Shown here piece after piece: positions 35,431-45,025 of a stretch of DNA of 48,942 bases. This DNA comes from Nanobdellota archaeon (GTDB lineage: Archaea > Nanobdellota > Nanobdellia > Woesearchaeales > JACJVW01). The stretch spans positions 1-48,942 of the forward strand of contig JBNJGT010000002.1 in the NCBI GenBank assembly GCA_051819765.1, read 5' to 3'. Both the position numbers and the translations under genes were made by a program. The notes beneath the pieces were generated by a model, which worked only from the letters and a program-made list of their open reading frames with translations, made no database searches and was not told the origin of the DNA. Numbering within the stretch: position 1 is the stretch's first letter; every line of letters starts with the position of its first letter.

Positions 35431-35964
35431 TTACTCCAGGGTAACCTGGAAGTCCACCTGGGAATACAGGGTAAGATCCTTTTTCTCATTATAGAATTTT
35501 ACGGTCCGGCACTGGTTTTCCGTCGGTTCACCAGCCCATACATTGAATTCGCCCAGGTACGTGTCCTGGCTGCCAGTGGCCTTGAGCCTACCCTGGATGA
35601 TTGTTGTTTCACCAGGCTTCATGAAGACTGAATTTGGCAGATAGAACCAGTCCCAGTAATATCTTGTGTTATCACTCATGGTCTTTGCATCACAGTTGAG
35701 TCCGCCAAGAACAATCTGGCACGTTGGTTGCAGGTAAAAGCAGAGTGTCTTGTTCTGGACATTGTTCACTCCGACATAGAATGCGTCAGCCTTCCCTGCT
35801 TTCGCCGTTGTCTCTTCAGGGACATGTACCTTAGAGTCAATCCTCTCAGCGATAGTCTGGCGCATGTCGCTATCAGGTATAAACTCATCTGATAATGTCT
35901 GTTCCGGTGTTTCGCCCCCGCAGCCTGCGATGAACAGGACTCCAAGAATCACTATCTTAAGCAT
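35431..35964 (-). CDS. Lipoprotein with CARDB-like beta-sandwich; distant paralogue of 23733-24611
   Basis: Lipobox-like MLKIVILGVLFIAGCGG. Shares C-F-x-(I/L)-x3-C (LCFYLQPTC) with the other two family members. Confidence 0.6.
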   Translation of the reverse strand: MLKIVILGVLFIAGCGGETPEQTLSDEFIPDSDMRQTIAERIDSKVHVPEETTAKAGKADAFYVGVNNVQNKTLCFYLQPTCQIVLGGLNCDAKTMSDNTRYYWDWFYLPNSVFMKPGETTIIQGRLKATGSQDTYLGEFNVWAGEPTENQCRTVKFYNEKKDLTLYSQVDFQVTLE

Positions 35965-35988
35965 ATCGCCCTTCCTGCAAGTGAGCTT

Positions 35989-35996
35989 TTTATATA
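35989..35996 (-). promoter_or_regulatory. TATA box (TATATAAA on minus strand) of the lipoprotein gene
   Basis: 25 nt upstream of the ATG at 35964. Confidence 0.5.
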
Positions 35997-36008
35997 TTTC
36001 GAAAACGT

Positions 36009-36016
36009 ATTTATAT
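36009..36016 (+). promoter_or_regulatory. TATA box (ATTTATAT)
   Basis: 22 nt upstream of the ATG at 36038. Confidence 0.5.
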
Positions 36017-36037
36017 CAGCCCTCCTTTCAAGTATCC

Positions 36038-36832
36038 ATGCTCGAGATCGCAATCATCATCCTATTCCTCATTGCCCTCTACGTGGCAGTGGACCGTCGG
36101 TTCCTCATCCTGGCAACTCTCTTTGCCCTCATCTTTGAGAACCTGAACGTCATCCTCTTTGCCCAAAGTGAGGGGGGTTACACCTATCATGGCTTTGACA
36201 TATATATCTTCCATGTCCCGCTCCTTGTCATCCTGTCATGGGGTATCATTCTGCTCAGCTCCTATACCCTGGCAAGGAAACTATCCACCCGCCGCTGGGA
36301 CCGTGTCTTCATCGCAACCTTCCTCACAGTCATAATCGATATCGCAATCGAGTTCGTCTCTGTCAAGCAGGGCTTTTGGGTCTGGCATTCCTTCCAGGGA
36401 GAATACCTCGCATCAGTCTCTCCAAGCAATTTCATTGGGTGGTTTTTGGTGTCTTTTGCCTTTCTCAGCATCTATCAATACCGTCCCAGATTAAGTTTTC
36501 TGTTGGGGTATCCGCTTTTCATCCTCCTGTCAATCCCTCTTGTCACCATACACTGGTTGTTGGGCATAGAAGGCATGGCCGGGTACTACACGGTCATTTT
36601 TCTCATGGGGTTCTCAGGCCTCATAACCCTAAGGAACATGAAACAGTTTTCCATCGGGAAGGAGTTTTCAACCATTGCCTTGCGCTATCCCTTCTACATC
36701 TTTTCCCTCATGTTCATCGGTACAATCGATGACCCTGCCTGTCTCCTATTGATCAGCTCTGCCTATCTTGTCGAGCTGATTCTTCTCTCGTGCATGAAAT
36801 GGGATAGGCTTCAGATATGGCAGCCTAAGTGA
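36038..36832 (+). CDS. Integral membrane protein (possibly DUF422/carotenoid-biosynthesis-like family)
   Basis: 264 aa, multiple TM segments. DIAIEFVSVKQGFWVWH resembles the D..(D/E)..A...G.W.W signature I recall for DUF422. The family call is tentative. Confidence 0.4.
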   Translation: MLEIAIIILFLIALYVAVDRRFLILATLFALIFENLNVILFAQSEGGYTYHGFDIYIFHVPLLVILSWGIILLSSYTLARKLSTRRWDRVFIATFLTVIIDIAIEFVSVKQGFWVWHSFQGEYLASVSPSNFIGWFLVSFAFLSIYQYRPRLSFLLGYPLFILLSIPLVTIHWLLGIEGMAGYYTVIFLMGFSGLITLRNMKQFSIGKEFSTIALRYPFYIFSLMFIGTIDDPACLLLISSAYLVELILLSCMKWDRLQIWQPK

Positions 36833-36942
36833 CATCCCCGTAAGGGATTCAGACTTCGCGCTCCGAACAGTGTGCACACCCCTTTCACCGTATATGAGGG
36901 TCCGCATGCAAGTCACTTTTTCGAAAAACTCAATCCATTACC

Positions 36943-36950
36943 TTTAAATG
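36943..36950 (+). promoter_or_regulatory. TATA box (TTTAAATG)
   Basis: 24 nt upstream of the in-frame ATG at 36974. This supports that start over the GTG at 36872. Confidence 0.5.
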
Positions 36951-36973
36951 TAACCTCTTTTTTCTCTGAATCC

Positions 36974-38386
36974 ATGCCATTATATCTGGATGGTGAGGAT
37001 GAGCTGGTATCACCTTTTGAAGAGGAATGTGGTATTGCAGGAGTCTTCAATGTATCCCATGCTTCACAGTACTGTTTTGAGGCTCTTTCTTTGCTTGAGC
37101 ATCGTGGAGAGAAAAGCGTGGGGATAGTATCTGAGGATGAGGATCGCATGTATTACCGCAGACGGATGGGCAAGGTCCATGAACAGTTTGTGAATTTTGA
37201 TTTTGACCAGCTTCCGGGAAGGATTGCAAGTGGGCAGAACCGGTATGCAACCTCCGGCCCAAGCGGCCTCTTGGATATTGATGGTGGCTCATCTGACACG
37301 CAGCCGCTTATTGTGCACCGCAGCAAGTTTGGACCCTTCACATTATCGCACAATGGGACAATCATCAATAAGTCCCTTGAAAAGAAGCTTATCGACGAGG
37401 GAGCAACATTCCAGTCAGGCACGGATTCAGAACTGTTAATCAAACTGATCGGAAAGAAGAACGCAGGCACCCTTGAGGAGGCTCTTGTTCAGACAGCTGA
37501 AGAGATTCCAGCAGCTTACTCGCTTGTCCTGCAGGCTCCCGGAAAGCTTATCGCCCTGCGGGACCGATTCGGCATACGGCCGTTGAGCATGGGGCGCATT
37601 GGTGAGGGCTATATTGTTGCCTCTGAGAGTTATGCGCTTGAACAGTTCCCGGAATGCACTGATATCCATGATATCAAAGCAGGTGAACTATGTGTCTTTT
37701 CAGACGGCTTGCACAGAAGGCAATACATTGAACCTGACAATCATTTCTGCATTTTTGAAGGGATCTACTTTTCAAATCCCCGGAGCGTGCATAATGACTG
37801 CTACCACGAAGACTTCAGGAAGGACTTGGGAAACCAGCTTTTCCAGGAGCATCATCTCGAAGGAGACCTGATCGTCCCGATCCTTGACTCTGGAAAGTTC
37901 GCGGCCATAGGACTCTCAAATGCCTCTGGCATCCCCTATGAAGAAGCCTTTCTAAGGATCCAGAACCCTCCTCGGTCCAACAACAGGTCATTCACTGCCT
38001 CCTGGGATCAGAGGGAACGTGCCGTCAGGAAAAAACTGAACCTGAGAGAAGATAAGGTCTATGACAAGGACGTGCTCGTGGTGGATGACACGATAGTGCG
38101 ATCCAACACCATGAATATCATAAACAAAAGGTTAAGGGAAGCAGGTGTGAGGTCCATCACGACCCTGATAACCGCACCGCCTGTTGAGGATACCTGTCCG
38201 TACGGGATGGACATCCAGACAAAGGAAGAACTGATAGCAAGCGATAATTCCATTGAAGGCATCAGGCAAAAGATTGGGAGTGATCATCTCTTCTATCTCT
38301 CATTAGAGGGACTTAATAAGGTCTCAGCAAGGCACTATCGCATCGGCACCTGCACTGGCTGCTTTGGCGGAAAGTATGCCTTGTAG
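36974..38386 (+). CDS. purF: Amidophosphoribosyltransferase (PurF-type Ntn glutamine amidotransferase) with 19-aa propeptide
   Basis: Nucleophile Cys in ECGIAGVFN. PRPP loop VLVVDDTIVRSNTM. C-terminal Cys ligands CPYGMD and CTGCFGGKY. Confidence 0.85.
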   Translation: MPLYLDGEDELVSPFEEECGIAGVFNVSHASQYCFEALSLLEHRGEKSVGIVSEDEDRMYYRRRMGKVHEQFVNFDFDQLPGRIASGQNRYATSGPSGLLDIDGGSSDTQPLIVHRSKFGPFTLSHNGTIINKSLEKKLIDEGATFQSGTDSELLIKLIGKKNAGTLEEALVQTAEEIPAAYSLVLQAPGKLIALRDRFGIRPLSMGRIGEGYIVASESYALEQFPECTDIHDIKAGELCVFSDGLHRRQYIEPDNHFCIFEGIYFSNPRSVHNDCYHEDFRKDLGNQLFQEHHLEGDLIVPILDSGKFAAIGLSNASGIPYEEAFLRIQNPPRSNNRSFTASWDQRERAVRKKLNLREDKVYDKDVLVVDDTIVRSNTMNIINKRLREAGVRSITTLITAPPVEDTCPYGMDIQTKEELIASDNSIEGIRQKIGSDHLFYLSLEGLNKVSARHYRIGTCTGCFGGKYAL

Positions 38387-38467
38387 GCTGGACACCAACC
38401 ACTTAGGCATGATTGGCATTGATCTAAGCATAGTCTAGGGCCTCATGAATCCCAAAGACACCAAAAC

Positions 38468-38475
38468 TTTAAATA
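38468..38475 (+). promoter_or_regulatory. TATA box (TTTAAATA) of the cimA leader transcript
   Basis: 23 nt upstream of the ATG at 38498, the window-wide leaderless spacing. Confidence 0.5.
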
Positions 38476-38497
38476 AATCTCTATCATTCCCCGGCAG

Positions 38498-38548
38498 ATG
38501 GCACGAACACCAAACCTGAATCTGATCATTCGTGCTATTATCAATTAG
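38498..38548 (+). CDS. Candidate Ile-rich leader peptide MARTPNLNLIIRAIIN
   Basis: 16 codons plus TAG. 4 Ile and 2 Leu. Lies 56 nt upstream of the citramalate synthase ATG. Confidence 0.4.
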   Translation: MARTPNLNLIIRAIIN

Positions 38549-38595
38549 AACCAGGCACGTAGTGCTTGGTCATCAATTCTGAGCGCTAGTGCCTG
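38500..38595 (+). promoter_or_regulatory. Leader RNA with alternative stem-loops (segments 1-4)
   Basis: Segment 1 GGCACGAA (38500-07) pairs with segment 2 TTCGTGC (38529-35). Segment 3 CAGGCAC (38552-58) pairs with segment 4 GTGCCTG (38589-95). The segment 2 core CGTGC can also pair with GCACG (38555-59). Confidence 0.4.
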
Positions 38596-38604
38596 TGGGA
38601 AACA

Positions 38605-40140
38605 ATGGAGATATACGATACATTATTGCGGGATGGGGCTCAGGCCGAAGGCGTCAACTTCAACACATCAGAAAAGCTGCGCATCATCAAGCTGCTTGAC
38701 GATTTTGGCATTGACTACATTGAAGCCGGCTGGCCCGCAAGCAGTGATTCAGATGCCGAGACCTTCCGGAAAGCCCCACAGCTTAACCACGCGACGCTGG
38801 TTGCGTTCGGATCGACCCATAACAAGAACCTTCCTGCCCACGCTGACCCCAACCTGGAAGCCATCATCTCATCAGGAGTGAGTACTGCCTGTATCTTTGG
38901 CAAGACATGGACCACCCATGTAAAAAACCAGCTCAATTGCACCAATGAGCGAAACCTTGAACTCATCCATGACAGCATTACCCATCTCAGACAGCAAGGC
39001 CTGACGGTCTTCTATGACCTGGAGCATTTCTTCGATGGCTTCAAGGATGACCCAGACTATGCCCGGGCCTGCATGCGCACCGCCCGTGGCGCCGGCGCCT
39101 CCCGCCTTGTCATGTGCGACACCAATGGCGGCATGCTTCCAGATGAAGTCCATGGCATCGTGGCAGGCCTGGCACAAGAATTTCCCAAAGATCTTCTAGG
39201 CGTCCACATGCACAACGATGGTGACATGGCTGTCGCGAACAGCCTCATCGCCTGCGACTACATCACCCAGATCCAGGGGACCATAAACGGCCTTGGTGAG
39301 CGCTGCGGCAACGCCAACCTTACCTCCCTCATACCCACGCTCATGCTCAAGAAGGGGATTGAGCTTCCTGTCAAGTTGGAACAGAATACTGAAATTAGCA
39401 AAGCAGTCTACAATTATGCAAACATCAAACCACCAACCCATCAGCCCTACAGCGGCAAATCAGCCTTCGCTCACAAAGGGGGCGTCCATGTGGGAGGCAT
39501 GAAAAATGGTGCAAACTATGAGCACATCGATCCTGCCTTGGTAGGAAACCGCACCCGCTACCTGCATTCCAAACAATCCGGCAAGACGAACATCAGTACC
39601 ATGGCCCAGGAGGCAGGCTTTGACATCCCTTCCAATGACCCACGCATACCGGAAGCCCTTTCCGAGCTCAAGCGCATGGATGAGATTGGATATGAGCTTG
39701 AAGGCATGCCTGCAGAGCGCTACCTCCTCATGCGAAAGCATTTTTCCGATCAGCCCCGCGTCATGTACCTCACTGGGTGGAGGGGCATGACAGAAGACTT
39801 TGAGAATGAGTCAAATGAAGCGATCATTGAAGGCATTGTCAACGGCTATTATGGGCTGGTCGTTGCAAAGAACATGCAGGATGGTCCTGTTGCAGCTCTT
39901 TATGACGCAATGCAAAAACTCGTGCTCCCCCATTTTCCCAAGATCAAAAACATGCATCTCACAGATTATAAATCCCGGATTGCACTGGAGAACGAACAGA
40001 ATTCAAGCATGCGGGTCTACGTTGAGTTTAGTAACAATGGTGATACATGGGCTACAGCAGGCATCAGTCGTAATACCATCAAGGCCGCCAAGATTGCTGT
40101 TGAGAAAGGCTTTCAGTACTACCTGAACAAGTATTGCTAA
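38605..40140 (+). CDS. cimA: Citramalate synthase-type enzyme (LeuA/CimA family, LeuA_rel type)
   Basis: YDTLLRDGAQAEGVNF and LGVHMHNDGDMAVANSL (HxH metal site). 511 aa with a C-terminal LeuA-dimer-like domain. The N-terminus resembles the bacterial-type CimA subgroup. Confidence 0.75.
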   Translation: MEIYDTLLRDGAQAEGVNFNTSEKLRIIKLLDDFGIDYIEAGWPASSDSDAETFRKAPQLNHATLVAFGSTHNKNLPAHADPNLEAIISSGVSTACIFGKTWTTHVKNQLNCTNERNLELIHDSITHLRQQGLTVFYDLEHFFDGFKDDPDYARACMRTARGAGASRLVMCDTNGGMLPDEVHGIVAGLAQEFPKDLLGVHMHNDGDMAVANSLIACDYITQIQGTINGLGERCGNANLTSLIPTLMLKKGIELPVKLEQNTEISKAVYNYANIKPPTHQPYSGKSAFAHKGGVHVGGMKNGANYEHIDPALVGNRTRYLHSKQSGKTNISTMAQEAGFDIPSNDPRIPEALSELKRMDEIGYELEGMPAERYLLMRKHFSDQPRVMYLTGWRGMTEDFENESNEAIIEGIVNGYYGLVVAKNMQDGPVAALYDAMQKLVLPHFPKIKNMHLTDYKSRIALENEQNSSMRVYVEFSNNGDTWATAGISRNTIKAAKIAVEKGFQYYLNKYC

Positions 40141-40142
40141 GG

Positions 40143-40150
40143 TTTTAAAT
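40143..40150 (+). promoter_or_regulatory. TATA box (TTTTAAAT)
   Basis: 24 nt upstream of the ATG at 40174. Confidence 0.55.
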
Positions 40151-40173
40151 AGGACACGCCATTCATAGGAATC

Positions 40174-40578
40174 ATGGAATTCGAATACCTTGACCACACA
40201 GCTGACGCAAAGTTTCGCGCCTATGGGAATACCCTCGAGGAAGCATTCAAGAACGCCATGCGGGCAATGTTCGGTCTCATAGTCCCCATCCAGGATGTTG
40301 AGCCGATAAGCCAGAAGAAGGTATCCCTTACTGCAGACCGTACCGAAGCGCTCCTGTATGATTTTTTGGAAGAGGGATTATTCCTTTTTGAGACAGACCA
40401 TTTCATTCCCTGTGACGCTGATATCAAGATCGCGGGCAACCATCTGGAGGCAAGCCTCTATGGAGACCTTATCCTCAACTATGAGATTGAGGGTGACGTG
40501 AAATCCGTTACATACAGTGATATGGACATCGCTCATAAGAATGGCCAATGGGTCATCACAATCGTAGTTGATATATAG
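40174..40578 (+). CDS. Archease (RtcB activator)
   Basis: MEFEYLDHTADAKFRAYGNTLEEAF. 134 aa, directly upstream of rtcB. Confidence 0.9.
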   Translation: MEFEYLDHTADAKFRAYGNTLEEAFKNAMRAMFGLIVPIQDVEPISQKKVSLTADRTEALLYDFLEEGLFLFETDHFIPCDADIKIAGNHLEASLYGDLILNYEIEGDVKSVTYSDMDIAHKNGQWVITIVVDI

Positions 40579-40585
40579 GTGTAAA

Positions 40586-42013
40586 ATGAAAGAGAAAGTA
40601 ACAAGAATTGATGAGTTTCGGTACAGGTTGGAACCCTTTGATGATATGAAGGTGCCGGCGGAGTTCTTCCTCAATGACACATTGTTTGATTTGCTCGAAG
40701 ACAAGGCAGTTGAGCAGCTAAAGAACGTCGCGTCGCTGCCTGGGATCTACAAGAAAGCGATTGCCATGCCGGATTGCCATATTGGGTATGGCTTTCCCAT
40801 CGGCGGCGTTGCTGCAATCGATCGGGAAACCGGCTGCATCAGCCCGGGTGGCATTGGCTTTGACATCAATTGCGGGGTGCGCATGCTTGCCACCAACCTC
40901 ACAAAGCAGGATGTGGAGCCTCGTATCCAGGAGCTCCTTGAGACACTCTTCAGGAATGTCCCCTCGGGCGTGGGCTCAGAGTCAGCCATCCGTCTCACGG
41001 ACAAGGACTTGCACGACGTCCTCACCTTCGGTGCCCGCTGGGCATTTGATCAGGGCTATGGGGTTGAGGAGGACACAAAGCGCTGTGAGGAAGAAGGGCG
41101 CATGAAATCCGCGGATGCAAACAAGGTAACTCCCCGGGCGAAAGCCAGGGGAAGAAAGCAACTGGGGTCCCTTGGTGCCGGCAACCATTTCCTGGAGATC
41201 CAGTTCGTCGAGGAGATACATGACCCTGAAATCGCAGAAACCTTCGGCATCACAAAAAAGGGCCAGATCGTTGTCATGATCCATTCGGGAAGCAGGGGCC
41301 TGGGCCATCAGGTCTGCTCAGATTACCTGCGAAAGATGGAGGATGCCTATCCTGATATCATGGCAAAGCTTCCGGAAAAGGACCTCATCTACGCACCCGC
41401 AGACTCCAAGCTTGCCCATGAGTATTTTGCGGCGATGAGTGCTGCCGCAAATTTTGCCTGGGCCAATCGTCACATCATGGCCCACCAGGTCAGAAAGTCC
41501 TTCACCAGCCTCTTCCCTCAGGCAACACTCGCGACCATCTATGATGTTGCCCACAACATCGCAAAGGAGGAAGAACACGAGATTGATGGTGTCACCCGTA
41601 AGGTCTGGACCCATCGGAAAGGCGCGACCCGCGCCTTCGGACCAGGCAGTCCTGAAATCCCTGAAGTCTACCGCAGCGTAGGACAACCAATCATCCTCCC
41701 AGGCAGCATGGGAACCGGCTCCTACCTGTTGGTTGGCTCACGCACCGCAGAAGAGCAGACATTCGGGTCAACTGCTCACGGTGCAGGCAGGGTCATGTCT
41801 CGTATGCAGGCAAAGAAGCAGTTCAAGGCTGAAGACATCGCACTGGAGCTTGAACGAAAGCAGATCTACATCAAGGCAGCATCACGAAAAGGGGTTTGTG
41901 AGGAGGCACCCCTTGTCTATAAGGACATCGACCAGGTCGTGGCAGTGAGCCATGCCGCGGGCATCGGGAACCTCATCGTCAAGGTACGCCCCTTCGGGGT
42001 CATCAAGGGATAA
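40586..42013 (+). CDS. rtcB: RNA-splicing ligase RtcB
   Basis: AMPDCHIGYGFPIGGVA, GIGFDINCGVRM, LGAGNHFLEIQ, IHSGSRGLGHQ and GSTAHGAGRVMSR. SD AGGTG lies 6 nt upstream of the ATG at 40586. Confidence 0.93.
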   Translation: MKEKVTRIDEFRYRLEPFDDMKVPAEFFLNDTLFDLLEDKAVEQLKNVASLPGIYKKAIAMPDCHIGYGFPIGGVAAIDRETGCISPGGIGFDINCGVRMLATNLTKQDVEPRIQELLETLFRNVPSGVGSESAIRLTDKDLHDVLTFGARWAFDQGYGVEEDTKRCEEEGRMKSADANKVTPRAKARGRKQLGSLGAGNHFLEIQFVEEIHDPEIAETFGITKKGQIVVMIHSGSRGLGHQVCSDYLRKMEDAYPDIMAKLPEKDLIYAPADSKLAHEYFAAMSAAANFAWANRHIMAHQVRKSFTSLFPQATLATIYDVAHNIAKEEEHEIDGVTRKVWTHRKGATRAFGPGSPEIPEVYRSVGQPIILPGSMGTGSYLLVGSRTAEEQTFGSTAHGAGRVMSRMQAKKQFKAEDIALELERKQIYIKAASRKGVCEEAPLVYKDIDQVVAVSHAAGIGNLIVKVRPFGVIKG

Positions 42014-42014
42014 A

Positions 42015-42022
42015 AATATAAA
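42015..42022 (+). promoter_or_regulatory. TATA box (AATATAAA) of gatCAB
   Basis: 23 nt upstream of the ATG at 42045, immediately after the rtcB stop. Confidence 0.5.
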
Positions 42023-42044
42023 CGAGAGGCCAATTGCATCTACC

Positions 42045-42326
42045 ATGGACGTGACACAGGATCTTATCCGTAAGGTGGCAGCAGTTGCCCGCCTCAATCT
42101 CACTGATGAGGAAGTTGCCGAATTCACTCCTCAACTAAAGGAAGTGCTTGACAGCTTTTCTGCATTGGATGAGGTTGACACAGAAGGGCTTGATCCAAGC
42201 TACCAGCCGGTGGATCTGCGAAACGTGCTAAGGGATGATACACGAAAGGAAAGCCTCAGCCAGGAAGAGGCGACACGAAATGCACAATCCCGTGACGGAT
42301 ACATTCTCGGGCCAAAGGCAAAATGA
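42045..42326 (+). CDS. gatC: Asp/Glu-tRNA(Asn/Gln) amidotransferase subunit C
   Basis: KVAAVARLNLTDEEV. 93 aa. ATGA overlap with gatA. Confidence 0.85.
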   Translation: MDVTQDLIRKVAAVARLNLTDEEVAEFTPQLKEVLDSFSALDEVDTEGLDPSYQPVDLRNVLRDDTRKESLSQEEATRNAQSRDGYILGPKAK

Positions 42327-43642
42327 TCGAGAAAACCAAACAAGTGTTAGCTGAATGCCGGGAGCTTGACAAGAATTATAATATTTTCTCAGAGATAACA
42401 GAGGACCTTGCCCTCTCACAGGCAAAAGCCAATAAGGGAGGCAAACTCCAGGGTATATTTATCACAGTCAAGGACTGTATCTGCATAAAGGATGTCGGGA
42501 CCCATTCATCAAGCCGGATTCTCAATGGCTACAAGCCTCTCTTCAATGCGACCGTCATCGACCGTCTGGCGGCAGAGGGAGCCATCATCATCGGAAAGAC
42601 CCTCCAGGATGAGTTCGGCTTTGGAACCTTCGGCACAAATACCGGTCTTGACTTTCCACAACCAAAAAACCCTGTTGACCCAGAGCGGGCACCTGGCGGC
42701 TCATCCGCGGGCTCGGGCATCATAAGCAAGCTTGCGACCTTCCCTCATGTCAGTCTCGGGGAGAGCACCGGAGGCTCAATAGTCAATCCTGCTGCTCTTT
42801 GTGGAACGTATGGGTTTTGCCCAACCTATGGGCGGGTGTCACGCTATGGTCTTCTTGATTATGGGAACTCCCTTGACAAGATAGGTCCCATGGGAAACGA
42901 CCCAAGTGCAATAGCAAAGGTATTGGAGGTCATCTCAGGCTTTGACGAGAACGAGTCGACCACCTTGAAAGAACCACTCCCAAAGCTTGACGGGACTTTC
43001 AAAGGAAAGGTCGGCGTCATAAAAGAGGCCTTTGGGGAAGGCATCTCACCGGACGTAAAGGGTGCACTCAACACCTACATCAAACAGCTCCGCGAAAACG
43101 GAATCGAGGTTGAGGAGATATCCCTGCAGACCCCGTATGAGAAAGGCATCGCAACCTACTACATCCTTTCACAATCAGAGTCAAGCACCAATCTTGCAAA
43201 ATACTGTGGCATGCGCTATGGCATGCACGAGGAGATGAGCGGCAATTTCAATGAGTATTTCTCGGCAGTGCGATCGAAACACTTCGGCAAAGAGGTCAAG
43301 CGCCGAATCCTCATAGGCACTTTCGCCCGCATGGTGGGTTTCCGGGATGCTTATTATCTCAAGGCCATGAAGGTGCGAACCAGGATCATCAACGAGTACA
43401 ACAAGGCATTCGAGAAGTACGATGTGCTCCTCAGTCCCACTGTTCCCTACGTCGCTCCTAAGTTTACCGACATCGAGAAGATGTCATTGCTTGAGACCTA
43501 CATGGCAGACGTCCTCACCGTCGGTCCGAACCTGGCAGGACTTCCCCATATGAATATACCTCTGGAAAGCTCCATGCCGGTTGGCGCAATGTTCATCGCA
43601 CCCCACATGAGAGAGGATCTATTGATACAGCTTGCAAAATGA
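42323..43642 (+). CDS. gatA: Asp/Glu-tRNA(Asn/Gln) amidotransferase subunit A
   Basis: Amidase signature APGGSSAGSG. 439 aa. Coupled to gatC and gatB by 4-nt overlaps. Confidence 0.9.
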   Translation: MIEKTKQVLAECRELDKNYNIFSEITEDLALSQAKANKGGKLQGIFITVKDCICIKDVGTHSSSRILNGYKPLFNATVIDRLAAEGAIIIGKTLQDEFGFGTFGTNTGLDFPQPKNPVDPERAPGGSSAGSGIISKLATFPHVSLGESTGGSIVNPAALCGTYGFCPTYGRVSRYGLLDYGNSLDKIGPMGNDPSAIAKVLEVISGFDENESTTLKEPLPKLDGTFKGKVGVIKEAFGEGISPDVKGALNTYIKQLRENGIEVEEISLQTPYEKGIATYYILSQSESSTNLAKYCGMRYGMHEEMSGNFNEYFSAVRSKHFGKEVKRRILIGTFARMVGFRDAYYLKAMKVRTRIINEYNKAFEKYDVLLSPTVPYVAPKFTDIEKMSLLETYMADVLTVGPNLAGLPHMNIPLESSMPVGAMFIAPHMREDLLIQLAK

Positions 43643-45024
43643 GATCAGACATAGTTATCGGGTTGGAGATTCATGTTGAGCTCGCAACAGACACAAAGCT
43701 CTTTTGCGGCTGTGCCCGCACTGGATCAGATGAACCCAACACCCGCACCTGTCCGGTCTGCCTGGGCCATCCCGGGGCAAAACCTGTCCTGAACAGAAAG
43801 GTCCTTGACTACGCCCTGCGGCTCTGCCTTGCCCTGGACTGCGAGATCGCTCCAGACCTCATCTTCTCCCGCAAATCATACTTCTACCCTGATATGGCAA
43901 AGAACTATCAGATCACCCAGTACGAGGATCCTCTAGGCAAGAACGGAAAACTGACCGTTGCAGGAAAGGACATCGCAATCACCCGGGTCCACATCGAGGA
44001 GGACCCCGCAGCCCTTGTCCATGGCAATGGGATGGTGCTTGTGGATTACAACCGTAGTGGTGACCCCCTCTGTGAGATCGTGACCGGCCCTGACCTGGAA
44101 AGTCCCGAAGAGGCCCGTGAATTCATGCGCCGGCTCATCGAGGTGATCCGCTACCTTGACATCTTCGATATCGACAGCTGTCTCATCAAGGCTGACGTCA
44201 ACGTCTCAATCAAAGAATCCGGCTACAAGCGGGCAGAGATCAAGAATATCACTGGATTCAAGGAGATCGAACGCGCCCTCTACTACGAGGTCAGCCGCCA
44301 GAAGAAGGCGGTCGCGGATAACGAGGAGCTCGCGATCGAGACCCGTGGCTGGGATCCTGAACAAGGATTCACCTATTCCATGCGAAAGAAGGAAAGCGAA
44401 GAGGACTACGGCTACATCCTTGACCCTGACCTCACCATCACTGACGTGACCCATGACATGATAGAGGCAATCAAGGCTGACATGCCCGAGCTTGCCCAAA
44501 GCAAGGTCGCACGATATATCAAAGAACTCAAGTTAGACGAGATAGACGCCCAGGTCATCGCAAGCGACCGCCTTCTCGCTGAGTTGTTCGAGGAAGTATC
44601 ACAACAAGTTGACCCGGTCATTGCCGCCCGCTGGCTCCGCCGTGAGCTGTTGCGGGTCTTGAACTACAACAAGCTTGACATCCGCGATATCACCATAAAC
44701 GCAACCCATCTCTCTGAACTTCTCCAGCTCGTTGAGAAGAAAAAGATCACCGAGAACACTGCTAAGGATATCATCCAGGAACTGGTCATAACACCCTTTG
44801 ACGTGCACCAGTATATCAAGGATCACGGTTTGGAAGCAGTCTCTGATGAGGGAGAGCTTGAAGCCTTCTGCAAGGAAGCAATCGAAGAGAACCCTCAGGC
44901 AGTCGTAGAGCTGAAAGAAGGGAAATCAAAGGCGCTCAACTTCCTTGTCGGCCAGGTCATGAAAAAATCAAAAGGGAAGGCCTCTCCTGCCCGGGTCAAC
45001 GAGCTCATCCGAAGCCTCATATGA
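43639..45024 (+). CDS. gatB: Asp/Glu-tRNA(Asn/Gln) amidotransferase subunit B
   Basis: TCPVCLGHPGAKPVLN. C-terminal YqeY-like GKSKALNFLVGQVMK. Confidence 0.92.
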   Translation: MRSDIVIGLEIHVELATDTKLFCGCARTGSDEPNTRTCPVCLGHPGAKPVLNRKVLDYALRLCLALDCEIAPDLIFSRKSYFYPDMAKNYQITQYEDPLGKNGKLTVAGKDIAITRVHIEEDPAALVHGNGMVLVDYNRSGDPLCEIVTGPDLESPEEAREFMRRLIEVIRYLDIFDIDSCLIKADVNVSIKESGYKRAEIKNITGFKEIERALYYEVSRQKKAVADNEELAIETRGWDPEQGFTYSMRKKESEEDYGYILDPDLTITDVTHDMIEAIKADMPELAQSKVARYIKELKLDEIDAQVIASDRLLAELFEEVSQQVDPVIAARWLRRELLRVLNYNKLDIRDITINATHLSELLQLVEKKKITENTAKDIIQELVITPFDVHQYIKDHGLEAVSDEGELEAFCKEAIEENPQAVVELKEGKSKALNFLVGQVMKKSKGKASPARVNELIRSLI

Positions 45025-45025
45025 T

